From: a virus
Taxonomy: Duplodnaviria; Caudoviricetes
IMG/VR virus record: IMGVR_UViG_3300009678_000068
Span: 1-52,944 of that record
Reading direction: 5' to 3' (one strand)
DNA length: 52,944 bases
Shown here: piece by piece, positions 38,753-49,067 of the stretch
Layout: each line of letters opens with the position of its first letter
How positions within the stretch are numbered: the stretch's first letter is position 1
The notes under the pieces: model-generated
The model's input: the letters and a program-made list of their open reading frames with translations, nothing else
Told to the model about the DNA's origin: nothing
Databases searched by the model: none
Translations under genes and position numbers: made by a program

Positions 38753-39040
38753 ATGCAAATTCACGACCACACGGGCGGCAAGAGCCGCAACACGGTGAAG
38801 AAGCTCTCCACCCTGGACGGCTCTGGCACGGCACATATCATCCACGATCTCGGGCCATCCAAGAATAACTACCCTGGAGGCCGCGAGGGCTGGACCGAGC
38901 GACGCCCACAGTATCACATGGGGCAAATCATGGACGACCTCCTGGAGGCACACGCCCGCGCCGGCGATGACATCCTCTACCGCACGGCGTCCAAGTCCAA
39001 CGTCATGCGTCTCTGGATACGGAAAGGAGGACAGCGGTGA
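38753..39040 (+). CDS. Hypothetical protein
   Basis: AAGGACGAAGC RBS motif. Confidence 0.55.
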   Translation: MQIHDHTGGKSRNTVKKLSTLDGSGTAHIIHDLGPSKNNYPGGREGWTERRPQYHMGQIMDDLLEAHARAGDDILYRTASKSNVMRLWIRKGGQR

Positions 39041-39255
39041 GTATACGGATTACTGATCTGCTCCGCCCTACAGACGAGACCGCGCCGACGCTGGAAGACG
39101 CCATGCAGGTGCTCGTCGCGCGCTATCCCGAAGCGGTGTTTAGCGATATCGACTTCGACCACGAGGCCACCATCTGGGTCTGGCCCTCCAACGCCGCCAG
39201 CCAGGAGGCGGACACGGCACGTGCCGTTGCCTGGATGCAGGAGCACACACCATGA
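39037..39255 (+). CDS. Hypothetical protein
   Basis: AAGGAGG RBS, GTGA overlap. Confidence 0.55.
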   Translation: MSIRITDLLRPTDETAPTLEDAMQVLVARYPEAVFSDIDFDHEATIWVWPSNAASQEADTARAVAWMQEHTP

Positions 39256-39464
39256 CCACGCCACGCCGCGGCAAGACGACCACGCCGCGCAAAACGATCT
39301 ATTGTCCGGCCACTCCGGATCTCTACGTCATTCTCGATACGCTCCGGCGCGCGAAGCAGCGCCAGACCGGCCAGCGGGTCACCCTCAACGCGGTGGTGCT
39401 GGAACTCGTGCGTACGCATCCGAGCGTCGCACCCAGGCTGCCCCCGCCGCTGCCGGACGAGTAA
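39252..39464 (+). CDS. Small RHH-like DNA-binding protein
   Basis: ATGA overlap; TLNAVVLELVR. Confidence 0.45.
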   Translation: MTTPRRGKTTTPRKTIYCPATPDLYVILDTLRRAKQRQTGQRVTLNAVVLELVRTHPSVAPRLPPPLPDE

Positions 39465-39510
39465 TCCTCGCGGACGCAGCGCTCGTACGCGTACAAGCGC
39501 TGCGTCCTCG

Positions 39511-39966
39511 TTAATGCTCTGCCCCGACGTTCGGACGGGGCGGCACAGGGTCAGGGCGGGTCACGCCATCCGTCGTGGACGGGTCCTCTCGCAGCAAGGT
39601 GGCATGAAGGACACGCAGAATCTTCTTGATATCTTCCCCTGTGGCCCGCAACTCCTCATGCATCACGGCCAGATCCTCCTGATGCATCGCGCAGTAATGC
39701 CCTTCGATATTCTGAATGACCGTATGATCGCCGCTGGCGTTGTTGGTCACGGTGTGCAACGGCACCGTTTCCCCCACCAGGGCGGAGAGACTCACCCCAA
39801 GCTGGATCGCCAGATCCTGGGCTTTCTCGAGGGACGGAGATTTGAGGCCGTCCTCAATCTGGGAAATCATGCCCGCATTCGCGTAGTGCACCCGCTCTGC
39901 GAGCTGCTCCTGGGTCAACCCGAGGCGTTCCCTGTACATGCGTACGTTTCTTCCCGTCCGACTCAT
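39511..39966 (-). CDS. CI-like XRE-family repressor
   Basis: RERLGLTQEQLAER...ISQIEDG..SPSL; divergent from the cro-like gene. Confidence 0.85.
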   Translation of the reverse strand: MSRTGRNVRMYRERLGLTQEQLAERVHYANAGMISQIEDGLKSPSLEKAQDLAIQLGVSLSALVGETVPLHTVTNNASGDHTVIQNIEGHYCAMHQEDLAVMHEELRATGEDIKKILRVLHATLLREDPSTTDGVTRPDPVPPRPNVGAEH

Positions 39967-40215
39967 GCGCACTCCTATAGCGTACCTCCTTCTCCTGGGT
40001 GAGTAGTACTCGCTTGTCGTGGTGGTTAATCTGACCTTAACCAGAATTATGTGCAATCTGCTTGTCTGTAAGGAGGTTACGATGACAAGTGTAGCACATA
40101 AATATAACCAGGGGTAACAAAAAAACATCGGTAACAAAAAAATAGCTTGTCATTATTGGTTAATCATGACATAACATATTTTCACTACAAGCAAAGAGCA
40201 TAGCTCGTCTCTGAG
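39967..40215. promoter_or_regulatory. Divergent cI/cro control region
   Basis: AT-rich; palindrome GGTTAAtctgaccTTAACC near 40024, a related site near 40158, GGTAACAAAAA twice, TTGTCA -35. Confidence 0.65.
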
Positions 40216-40455
40216 GTGAATATGGCCCCTGAGCGACTTATTTTACTCCGTGAGGCGCACGACATGAGTCAGCGGTCTCTGGCTGAGGCGCTTGGAGTTT
40301 CCTCCGCCTATATCTCCCAGATCGAAGCCGGGAAAAAAGTGGTCTCGTCCCGGTTGCTCGAGAAACTCTCTGTCTACTTTCGCCTGGAAAAAAGCGTGTT
40401 GTTTCAAGCCCCCAAAGGCACCTGGACGCCAGGGTGTGGGAGCAGAGCCTCATGA
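40216..40455 (+). CDS. Cro-like XRE HTH protein
   Basis: LREAHDMSQRSLAEALGVSSAYISQIEAGKK. Confidence 0.85.
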   Translation: MNMAPERLILLREAHDMSQRSLAEALGVSSAYISQIEAGKKVVSSRLLEKLSVYFRLEKSVLFQAPKGTWTPGCGSRAS

Positions 40456-40576
40456 CGCCTCTCCCCCGCCCGTTGGGTGGCAGCGTGACGGTCCCCCTCG
40501 GTGTCGTCGTCTCCCGACCCTGCCGGATCGGGAGGCCACGGCTGCGGCGCGGCTGGCGAGAGCCCGCACCAGACGC

Positions 40577-40834
40577 TCAGGACATGCGGGCCAGGTACTG
40601 GCGCATGGTAGGGCGCACCGCGTCTGCAGCCTCCCTGGTGGCGGCGCTGAGCAATGCCACCACCAGCTTTTGGAGGCTCGTGTCTTCGTCACGTGCCAGC
40701 TGCTTCAGGCCGCTGCGCAGATGCTCTGGGACATAGACTTGAATCTTGTAGGGTAAAACCACGGACTCCATCGGGTCCGCTGGGGCCACCGCTGGAACGG
40801 GGGCCACCGCTTGCTTCGTTTTGATGGGGGGCAT
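40577..40834 (-). CDS. Ribbon-helix-helix protein
   Basis: AAGGAG RBS; IQVYVPEHLRSGLKQLARDEDTSLQKLV. Confidence 0.65.
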   Translation of the reverse strand: MPPIKTKQAVAPVPAVAPADPMESVVLPYKIQVYVPEHLRSGLKQLARDEDTSLQKLVVALLSAATREAADAVRPTMRQYLARMS

Positions 40835-40988
40835 AGACACTCCTTTGGTGTACATGTTCTCTAACAATATATCCAATAAGGTGTAATGCGTCAAATTCAT
40901 ATCATGGAGTAATCAGACACAGAGACCCACGCAAACGGTCTGCATCAGATGAGCACACGGCATCCACCAACCCAGAGAGGACAAGCCC

Positions 40989-41498
40989 ATGCCAAAGCTC
41001 AGGGCCACCGCAGGCATCGACATTGACGACGGCGTGTACCCGGCAACCCTTGTTGAGATCCGCGTCGAAGACCCCACCGTGAATAGTCCGAATCAAGACC
41101 AGTGGCTCAAGTGGATTTTTATCGTGCAGGATGGCTCCGACGAGCCGCCTGAGATGTCCGTCCCGTCGTCGTATAACTTCACGCCCAAATCCAAAGCGCG
41201 CGGCTGGGTCGAATCACTGCTCGGCCGCAAGCTGGAGATCGACGAAGAAATTGACACCGATACCCTCTGTCCCACGGACTGCCAGGTGACCGTCAAGAAC
41301 GACCCGGCAAGTGGCTTTGCGCGCATCGTGGACGTGATGGGCAAACGCCGGGCGCGCCCCCAGCAGCGGCAGGCGGCACGTCCACCGGAACAGGCACCGC
41401 GTCCGGCGCACCCACGGCAGCAACCACAGGGACGACCGCCGGCGGGGCAGCAACTCGATGGGGTCGAGGTGGGGGGCGACGATGATATTCCCTTCTAG
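40989..41498 (+). CDS. ssDNA-binding protein (phage type)
   Basis: IDDGVYPA OB-like start, Q/P linker, DDDIPF tail. Confidence 0.75.
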   Translation: MPKLRATAGIDIDDGVYPATLVEIRVEDPTVNSPNQDQWLKWIFIVQDGSDEPPEMSVPSSYNFTPKSKARGWVESLLGRKLEIDEEIDTDTLCPTDCQVTVKNDPASGFARIVDVMGKRRARPQQRQAARPPEQAPRPAHPRQQPQGRPPAGQQLDGVEVGGDDDIPF

Positions 41499-41557
41499 CA
41501 CGTAAAACCTCGCTGGCGTCCGCTGGCAGGGGCGCCAGCGCAGGAGGGAGTGAGGCG

Positions 41558-42829
41558 ATGGCGGAGGAACACACGCAGGAAGACGACCCTGGCGAACCAA
41601 CTCCCCCCTGGTCCGTCGATTTACTCAGTCGCAAGTATTTACTTGAGGTCGAAGACGACAAAGATTTTATCGACCTGCTCTTTGCGATGGCACTCAATCC
41701 CAGCCACAGCCTGGCCATCCTGGCGGAGGAATGGGTCCGCCCACGCTTAGCGCTGATTGCCACGCGCAATGCCCCGGTGTTTAACAACGAGTTCCTGCGC
41801 ATCGTTGAACTGTATTTCAGGGGACAGTCCCGTGCACACCTGCTCACGATCATTGAAGACGCCAAGCAGCACCAGAACGGCCACCAGGTCCTCCAGGGCC
41901 AGACGCTGGAAGACCTGTTACAGACCTACTACCCGGAACCACAGTGGGCGGTGCAGGGGCTCCTGCCCGAGGGGTGTTTGCTCCTGGCCGGGAAACCCAA
42001 GCAAGGCAAGTCGTATCTCGCGCTGCATATGGCGCTCGCCGTGGCGAAAAAGCAGCTGTGCTTAGGAGAGTTCGTGACGACGCCAGGAGACGTCCTGTAC
42101 TTCAGCCTCGAAGACTACGCCAAGCGCGTGCAAAAACGCGTGCAGCAGCTCTACCCCGCGCCTGAGACCGGCCACACCATCGAGTTCTTCTACCAGGCCC
42201 CGAAGATGCACGACGGCTTCGCGACGGCCTTGATTCATACGCTGGAAACACGCCCGAGCGTGCGCCTGGTGGTGATCGATACGCTCCGGTGCATCCGCGA
42301 CAGCGCCAAAGAACAGTACAACCTCTATCAGGAAGACAGCGATTTCATGGGCGCCCTGAACCAGTGCGCGCAGGATGCGGGGACGACGATCCTGGTCGTG
42401 CATCACACCCGCAAGGCGAAGGGGGAGGACGTCTTTGACGAAATATCTGGGACCGGGGGCTTGCGTGGGGGGACGTCGGGGAATCTGATATTGGAGCCGA
42501 CAAAGGATGAGGCGGACGCCCTGCTGCACGTCGAGGGCAAGGACTTTGACAAGCGCCTGGTCATTGCCATGAAGCGACAACAGGATGGCAGTTGGGCCTA
42601 TGCCGGGGAGGGGGATGCCTTCAAGCTGCGCGCCACGAAGCGCACCGTCGTTCGCACCATTATGACGCTCGGTGATGATGCCACCGCCAAAGAGGTCTGG
42701 CAAAACAGCGGGGTCAAAGAATACGTCACGGTACGCAGTATTCTGTCACGCATGGTGTCGCTGGGAGAACTCGGCAGGTCCCAACGTGGTGTCTATTTCT
42801 GCATCGATGATGAAGGAGTCGAGATTTGA
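41558..42829 (+). CDS. RepA-like SF4 helicase (AAA_25)
   Basis: AGKPKQGKS, YFSLED, VVIDTL, VHHTRK, ISGT. Confidence 0.88.
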   Translation: MAEEHTQEDDPGEPTPPWSVDLLSRKYLLEVEDDKDFIDLLFAMALNPSHSLAILAEEWVRPRLALIATRNAPVFNNEFLRIVELYFRGQSRAHLLTIIEDAKQHQNGHQVLQGQTLEDLLQTYYPEPQWAVQGLLPEGCLLLAGKPKQGKSYLALHMALAVAKKQLCLGEFVTTPGDVLYFSLEDYAKRVQKRVQQLYPAPETGHTIEFFYQAPKMHDGFATALIHTLETRPSVRLVVIDTLRCIRDSAKEQYNLYQEDSDFMGALNQCAQDAGTTILVVHHTRKAKGEDVFDEISGTGGLRGGTSGNLILEPTKDEADALLHVEGKDFDKRLVIAMKRQQDGSWAYAGEGDAFKLRATKRTVVRTIMTLGDDATAKEVWQNSGVKEYVTVRSILSRMVSLGELGRSQRGVYFCIDDEGVEI

Positions 42830-42931
42830 CTGCAGGCACAGAGAGGCGTATACCAGAACAACCCCGAAGGGGGGACGGCACGTGTAACCAGCACGATACC
42901 GCCCCTCATGTCATCCCCTTCCACACAGGGC

Positions 42932-43408
42932 ATGCGCATGTCAAAAGCTATTTTAACAACCATTCGTCGTCTACCGCAACTCAAAGGTTCGCTCAAACTG
43001 ACCGCCCTCGAACTGGCACACATGGCCAGCGGCTCTGGCACGATCAGCGTCCCCTATGCCTGGTTGGCGCGCAAAACCGGGATGTGCGTGCGAACCATGC
43101 AGCGCCATATCGACAGGCTCATTGCCTTGCAGATCCTCACGAAAACGTGCGAGCGGTTTTCCCTGAGTCGCTGGGGGACCAATCGCTATACCTTCCTGGT
43201 ACGTGGCGTGCCGATACTGCACAAATGTGCGCAGGACATCTTGTCGCCCCTTTCTTCCGCAACGGAAAAAAAAGAAAAATCTGTCTCGCTCAGGGACGAA
43301 ATTGCGGCACTCGAACGCGGCATGCGTCTCTGGACGCCAGGCACAGAACCGTACGCCAGCTGCCAGGAACGCCTGACCTATTTGCAGGGGCTGCGCAGCC
43401 CTGCATGA
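42932..43408 (+). CDS. Winged-HTH replication initiator-like protein
   Basis: YAWLARKTGMCVRTMQRHIDRL...TNRY; start approximate. Confidence 0.65.
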   Translation: MRMSKAILTTIRRLPQLKGSLKLTALELAHMASGSGTISVPYAWLARKTGMCVRTMQRHIDRLIALQILTKTCERFSLSRWGTNRYTFLVRGVPILHKCAQDILSPLSSATEKKEKSVSLRDEIAALERGMRLWTPGTEPYASCQERLTYLQGLRSPA

Positions 43409-43423
43409 CCAAACCACGCGACG

Positions 43424-43526
43424 GTTTTTACAACAATCACAACAACACAAACAACCGTACTGCTCCAACAACCCCAACAGTTGTTGCAAACACACATAGG
43501 TGCAATGTTGTTTTTGTTGTAAAAAA
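43424..43526. repeat. AT-rich CAACA repeats forming an imperfect inverted repeat (candidate origin)
   Basis: TTTTACAACAA...TTGTTGTAAAA with multiple CAACA/TGTTG. Confidence 0.65.
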
Positions 43527-43620
43527 TGATGAGTCAAACTGGCAAGCCCTTTAGAAATGGACATCTTTCGCAAAAGTAGAGGTGAAAGTAGATGTGAACC
43601 AGTACCAGGAGCATCCCCCC

Positions 43621-43800
43621 ATGGCTGATGTGCAAGTCGCTGGACGCCGCATGCTACGCGAGGTGTCCGTGTTTGAACGGGATTGTCTGCAGATGATTTT
43701 CGATGAGCAGGAGAAGCTCGCGCCAGACAACGCGCTGATTGCGCTGCTCTGTGATGCGGTGCGCCTGGCACGGGAACATACGGACAGCCAGCAGGTGTAG
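43621..43800 (+). CDS. Hypothetical protein
   Basis: AGGAGCATCCCCCCATG leader, repeated before the next ORF at 43817. Confidence 0.5.
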   Translation: MADVQVAGRRMLREVSVFERDCLQMIFDEQEKLAPDNALIALLCDAVRLAREHTDSQQV

Positions 43801-44004
43801 AGAGGAGCATCCCCCCATGCCCACGATCACGCACGACCCCACGGCCATCTGGCGCGAGCGCCCTGGGCACCTGGCGCTCATGACGGCGCATCCGTATCAC
43901 CGCTGTCTACGGACCATCGACAGCGCAGGAACCGGCGCCTACGTCGTGGCGTTTGAGGCGCACTGTCCGCTGTGCCGGGAGGAACGCCGGCCCAAGGAGG
44001 CTCC

Positions 44005-44445
44005 GTGATCTACGTCGCAACCTCATGGCGCAATCCCCTGTACGAAGGCGTGCTCAGCGTCCTGCGCGTGGCCGGCCTGCCCTTCTATGACTTTAAGCAC
44101 CCCGCGCCTGGCGTCAGCGGCTTCGCCTGGTCTGAGGTTGATCCGCATTGGGTGGTCTGGACGCCCGCAGAGTATCGTGCATCCCTGGCTCATCCCCGCG
44201 TCAACGAGGCGTTTGGCCTGGACATGAACGCCCTCAAAGCCTGTGACACGCTGCTGCTCGTGCTCCCATGTGGACGCTCGGCGCACCTGGGGCTGGGGTA
44301 TGCCATTGGCACAGGCAAGACGACGATTATTTATTACCCCGGCGATATCCGGATCGAGCCCGAACTCATGTACAAGGCCGCAGACCATCTCTGCCTCACG
44401 ATGGACGAGGTACTGGCGGCACTTGGCGTCCCGAATGCGGGTTAG
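44005..44445 (+). CDS. Nucleoside 2-deoxyribosyltransferase-like protein
   Basis: IYVATSWRN, D.NAL..CD, PCGRSAHL; the usual Glu after SAHL is Gly here. Confidence 0.75.
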   Translation: MIYVATSWRNPLYEGVLSVLRVAGLPFYDFKHPAPGVSGFAWSEVDPHWVVWTPAEYRASLAHPRVNEAFGLDMNALKACDTLLLVLPCGRSAHLGLGYAIGTGKTTIIYYPGDIRIEPELMYKAADHLCLTMDEVLAALGVPNAG

Positions 44446-44883
44446 GAGCGACCGTGCCATTCGTAGGACTCCGCCTCTGGCGTCTGTCGCTGATCTGGGA
44501 GCCAAGGGACTGCTGGGTTGGCGTCTATTGGACGTGGAAAACCGGCGTGTACAGCGATCCTGAGCCCACGATCACCCGCGAACTGCACATTTTTCTGTGC
44601 CTCGTGCCCTGTCTGCCGGTGCATCTGATCTTTGGGCGCCTGGCCCGCAAGGAGGACGTCGAGTGATTACCCCGGCCTTTCGTATTCTGCGCTACCGGGA
44701 TTTTCCCTGCATCCTGTGCCTGGTGTGCAACCGGATCTCCCATCTCCCCAACGATGTCAGATACCGCTACTGCAATCACTGCCATCTGTTTCTCGAAGAT
44801 GTCCCGATGGACCTGGAACAGCCCCACACCGAAGGCGTCAGGCCGGGCCTCCTGCTCGCCGGCGCTGACCAGGAGACACGCGC

Positions 44884-46362
44884 ATGAGCCAGGTCCTGCT
44901 GCTCCAGGGCACTGCGATGCATATCCCCCTCCAGGACGCGAGTGTGCACATGGTGTGCACGAGCCCGCCGTATTGGGGGCTGCGCTCGTATGCCGGCGTC
45001 ATGCCTGGGATCTGGGGCGGCGCGCCGGCATGTGTCCATGTCTGGCCCACGCTGGAGTTGCCGCATGGACGCCGCGGCAAGCTGGGGATATCAGGGACCG
45101 GCGGGAATCTCCATCCAACGCTCGATGCGACAGGGAGCGGCGCGGGTTCCGGCACCAGCGGCAGCCTCTGTCAACACTGCGGGGCCTGGCGTGGCATGCT
45201 GGGACTCGAACCGCTCCATGACTGCCTGGGTTGGGCACGCGGGGAGGCACCATGCGCGGGGTGCTTTGTCTGTCATATGCGGAGCATTTTTCGTGAGGTC
45301 TGGCGGGTCCTGCGGCCCGATGGGTGTCTCTTCCTGAACCTGGGAGACTCCTACAGTACACAAGCCGGTCAGGGCTTTGTGCCGGGAGGGGGTGGCCAGG
45401 GCAATAGGTGGAAACGGGATCTCTGCGACACCTGGCAACCGAACCGAGCCAAGGTCCCAGGGCTCAAGCCGAAAGATCTCGTAGGAGCGCCGTGGCGGAT
45501 TGCCCTCGCGCTCCAGGCGGACGGATGGTATCTGCGCAGTGAAATCATCTGGCACAAGACCAATCCGATGCCCGAGAGTGTGACCGATCGCCCGACACGC
45601 GCGCACGAACAGGTGTTTTTGCTGAGCAAACGGGCTCAGTACTTCTACGACGCGGAAGCGATTCGAGAAACACTCGCGGTGAACTATGGAAGCGCAGAAG
45701 AATACGCCAAGCGCTGGGGCAAACCAGGTTTCTATCATGCGGACAATAGTGACCCCAAAGGCGGAGGCTTTCGTGGTCTCGGCGGGAGCCCGTCTGGGTT
45801 TAATCCGGATGGACGAAACGCGCGCACCGTTTGGACACTGCCGACTGAGCCTACAGCGATGGCCCACTTTGCCACGTTCCCTACCGCCCTTGTCGATCGG
45901 TGTCTCCGCGCAGGAACCAGCGCCTACGGCTGCTGCGCGCAGTGCGGCGCGCCCTGGCAGCGCGTGGTCAGCCGCGAGCGTCTGCTCGATGGCGCCACGC
46001 TGGTGACTGGCACGCACTCCCGCCCTGGCGAGGCGCACCGCATCACGGCCAACGGCATGGGCCACTGGCGCATCAGCACGCACACCACGGAGCACGGCTG
46101 GCAGGCAAGTTGCCCGTGTAACGCCGGCGTCACGCCAGCCATGGTGCTCGATCCGTTTGTGGGCTCAGGGACAACCCTCCTCGCCGCGCGTGCCCTTGGG
46201 CGCCATGGGGTAGGGCTCGATTTGAGCTTGAGCTACCTCCGTGGCATTGCGCGAAAGCGTCTGGGGCTCGCAGATCTCGCCGCCTGGGAGGGTCGCGAAC
46301 GCCCGCGAGAGTCAGTGGATTTTGGGGACTTACCGCTCTTTCAGGAGGCGTCCCATGGTTGA
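44884..46362 (+). CDS. DNA methyltransferase (N4-C/N6-A, beta class)
   Basis: TSPPY, HFATFP, VLDPFVGSGTT. Confidence 0.92.
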   Translation: MSQVLLLQGTAMHIPLQDASVHMVCTSPPYWGLRSYAGVMPGIWGGAPACVHVWPTLELPHGRRGKLGISGTGGNLHPTLDATGSGAGSGTSGSLCQHCGAWRGMLGLEPLHDCLGWARGEAPCAGCFVCHMRSIFREVWRVLRPDGCLFLNLGDSYSTQAGQGFVPGGGGQGNRWKRDLCDTWQPNRAKVPGLKPKDLVGAPWRIALALQADGWYLRSEIIWHKTNPMPESVTDRPTRAHEQVFLLSKRAQYFYDAEAIRETLAVNYGSAEEYAKRWGKPGFYHADNSDPKGGGFRGLGGSPSGFNPDGRNARTVWTLPTEPTAMAHFATFPTALVDRCLRAGTSAYGCCAQCGAPWQRVVSRERLLDGATLVTGTHSRPGEAHRITANGMGHWRISTHTTEHGWQASCPCNAGVTPAMVLDPFVGSGTTLLAARALGRHGVGLDLSLSYLRGIARKRLGLADLAAWEGRERPRESVDFGDLPLFQEASHG

Positions 46363-46717
46363 GCAGGCGATGCTCTGTCCCCTGTGTGGCCGCGAGACGC
46401 TGGTGCGTCCGGCACGGTGGCACCAGTGCCACTACTGCGGGGGCAAGTTCCTCGTCCCGAGCGCCGCCCCGCAGGCGCGGGAGAGCCACTGTCGCTGCGC
46501 CATCTGCGGCGATCTGGTCCGCCTTACCGCCGACCAGGATGAGGGCGACGCGGTCTGTACGCCGTGCTACGACGCGAACCTCCGCGGGGGGGTTCCGTTC
46601 GAGCGCCCGACCGTGGCGCCACTCGTCGACGCGTGGCCTGTACGCCGGCGCGCGTTGCAGGCGCGGGACGGCGAACGCTGGCCACTGACGCGAGGGAGGA
46701 CACAGGATGCCCTGTGA
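46355..46717 (+). CDS. Zn-finger hypothetical protein
   Basis: GGAGG RBS; four CxxC motifs. Confidence 0.55.
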   Translation: MVEQAMLCPLCGRETLVRPARWHQCHYCGGKFLVPSAAPQARESHCRCAICGDLVRLTADQDEGDAVCTPCYDANLRGGVPFERPTVAPLVDAWPVRRRALQARDGERWPLTRGRTQDAL

Positions 46718-48221
46718 CGTTGTCACCAACACGGACGGAGGCCTGGTCGTCGTGTGCAGCCGTGGGCCACGCATCCTACGCCGCTGTGTCGTGTGTCACC
46801 GCAGCGAACGACAGACCGCGCTGGTGCTGTGCGATGCGGTCGTGCGCCCAGACGCCACGCGCCGGCGCACGTGTGCCGCCCCCATCTGCAAGCAGCATGC
46901 AACGCATCAAGATCCGGACACGGATTTCTGCCCGGAGCATACCGCCGAAGCGGCACAGCGCGCGCCATCGCCCCCACGCATCACATCTTTTCGGGGACCG
47001 CACGCGTTTCTCTCGAACGGCTCCCCGGCACAGGTGTGGTACGAGAAGCAGTCGTACCGCAACGTGGAGGTGGCATTCCAGGCGGCAAAGACCCTGGACC
47101 CTCGCGAGCGGGCATGGCTCCGTGCGTCGACGCGTCCTGGCGAAGCGCGCCAACGGGGACAAAAGGTGACGTTGCGGGACGATTGGGACGACGTCAGGGT
47201 CGACGTCATGCGCCAGTTGCTGCGCCAGAAATTTACGCACCACGGGCATCTCAAGGCCCAGCTCCTCGCCACCGGGCACGCGGTCCTCATTGCAACCAAC
47301 CACCATGGGGACCGCTTCTGGGGCGTGTCCAACGGCCACGGGGTGAACATGCTCGGACAATTACTCATGGAGATACGCATGGAACTCCAACAAGAGCTGA
47401 ACTGGCATGCACTGAAACAGGCCTCTGCGCCTCCGCAGGACGGCGCAGGAGCCACGCAGCCCTCGCTGCCTCTCCGGACACCTTCCACGACGGGAAGTGA
47501 TCCTGACGGGGTTGTTGTGCCCGCAGAACTGTCGCCACACGAGGTGCTCCTCAAGCTCTGTGCTGACCTGCAACAGGCCGGCATCTATCTCTCCCTCTCT
47601 GCGACGGGGGCCCTTCTTGCCGGCCCAACCATCCAGGTCAAGAAACACCCGCGCCTCCTCGATGGCTTGCGCGCGCACAAGCAACACTTGCTCCACCTGA
47701 TTGAAGACTCGCTGGCCTATCAGCTCTTTGGCACGAACCAGGACGACAAACGCTTTGAGACAGAGACCTGCGCCGACTGTCAGCAAGCCGTGCACGTGGT
47801 CACGCCCCCACGGCGGCTGGCGGTGCACCGACTGCCGCACACCGAAGACGTCTGCCCTGGCTCCGCGCGGGCGCAACATGCCTGTGCCCTGCAGCTCCTG
47901 GACGCGTTCCTGGAGGACTGCGCGGTCCCCCGGCGCAGCGCGGCCCTGACCTGGACGGCGCTGAACGGCGCGTTCAGCGCGTGGTCGTTGCGATTGGGCT
48001 GGCTGCGTCCGCCGCGGCCCTATGTGATTCAAGCGATGGACTCGCGCTTTCCCCGGCTCCGGGACACCGACGAGGAGCGGCCCATCTGGTCCGGACTGAC
48101 GCTCAAGCTGGAGGAGTGGTACGGGGAGGAGGAAGCACGGCCTGTGACACCAGAGCCGGCGCAGGAACGGGCGCCAGCGCAGGTGTCAGTGCGCAACGGC
48201 AAAGTGGTGCTCAAGGCATAG
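46707..48221 (+). CDS. Multidomain protein: Zn finger + NADAR + C-terminal winged-helix-like region
   Basis: FRGPHAFLSN, E.AFQAAK, R.DWD, M..LLRQKF, LLATG, DRFWG, G.N.LG.LLMEIR. Confidence 0.85.
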   Translation: MPCDVVTNTDGGLVVVCSRGPRILRRCVVCHRSERQTALVLCDAVVRPDATRRRTCAAPICKQHATHQDPDTDFCPEHTAEAAQRAPSPPRITSFRGPHAFLSNGSPAQVWYEKQSYRNVEVAFQAAKTLDPRERAWLRASTRPGEARQRGQKVTLRDDWDDVRVDVMRQLLRQKFTHHGHLKAQLLATGHAVLIATNHHGDRFWGVSNGHGVNMLGQLLMEIRMELQQELNWHALKQASAPPQDGAGATQPSLPLRTPSTTGSDPDGVVVPAELSPHEVLLKLCADLQQAGIYLSLSATGALLAGPTIQVKKHPRLLDGLRAHKQHLLHLIEDSLAYQLFGTNQDDKRFETETCADCQQAVHVVTPPRRLAVHRLPHTEDVCPGSARAQHACALQLLDAFLEDCAVPRRSAALTWTALNGAFSAWSLRLGWLRPPRPYVIQAMDSRFPRLRDTDEERPIWSGLTLKLEEWYGEEEARPVTPEPAQERAPAQVSVRNGKVVLKA

Positions 48222-48382
48222 GAGGGGCGCGCCATGAAACGTTGGGTTGGTATCCGCCACCTACGCTACTACTGGCACAGCTTCCAGCTTGCCCGCTGGA
48301 TGGGGCTCTGGGCCCCCTACGGCTCTATCGTGCCCAGCCCGCGTGACCTGGAGTATCTCCAGCAGGTCTGGGAGGGCAAGAC

Positions 48383-48838
48383 GTGATCGTCTCCTTCACT
48401 GGCACGCGCCATGGCATGACTGGTGTGCAACTGCTCTCCCTCACCGACACCCTCCTGGAGGTCGGCGCGAGCGAGCTGCATCACGGCGACTGCGTCGGCG
48501 CCGACGCCGAAGCGGACGAGGTCTGCCAGCGAATGGGGATTCGCCGCGTCGTGCATCCCCCACGCGTCTTTCGCTACCGCAGGTTCACCGTCGCGGGTCC
48601 GCTGTGCACGGTGCTGGAACCGGCGCCGTACCTGGAGCGCAACCGCGCCATCGTCGATGCCGGGGCGATGCTCATTGCCGCGCCGCAGACCTGTGAAGAA
48701 CAGCAACGCTCTGGCACCTGGGCGACGATTCGCTATGCCCGGCGTCTCAGGCGCCTGGTGGTGCTGCTGGCACCGTCCCTGGACGCTGAAGACGAAAGGA
48801 AGCTCCATGGAAGTCGTCTCACTGGACAATCAGATTAG
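48383..48838 (+). CDS. SLOG (DprA/YspA-like) protein
   Basis: FTGTR, HHGDCVGAD, RNRAIVD, SGTWATIRYA. Confidence 0.8.
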   Translation: MIVSFTGTRHGMTGVQLLSLTDTLLEVGASELHHGDCVGADAEADEVCQRMGIRRVVHPPRVFRYRRFTVAGPLCTVLEPAPYLERNRAIVDAGAMLIAAPQTCEEQQRSGTWATIRYARRLRRLVVLLAPSLDAEDERKLHGSRLTGQSD

Positions 48839-49067
48839 CTGTGTGCGTCGCGAGCTGAGTCTCAGGCGCTCGGTCTACCCACGCCTGATTCAGAACAAAA
48901 AAATGACGCAGGCCTGGGCGGATTTTCAAATGGATGCCATGGAGGCCGTCCTCAAAACCCTGGAACAACTGCACCATACACAGGAGCAGACCGAGTTATT
49001 CGAGGACGCAGGAAAGGAAACGTGTGAAGAGAGCCTCCTGGCGCAAAGGCCCATTTCCGAAGATTGA
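48807..49067 (+). CDS. Conserved phage hypothetical protein
   Basis: QI.CV.REL..R..VYPR....KM. Confidence 0.7.
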   Translation: MEVVSLDNQISCVRRELSLRRSVYPRLIQNKKMTQAWADFQMDAMEAVLKTLEQLHHTQEQTELFEDAGKETCEESLLAQRPISED

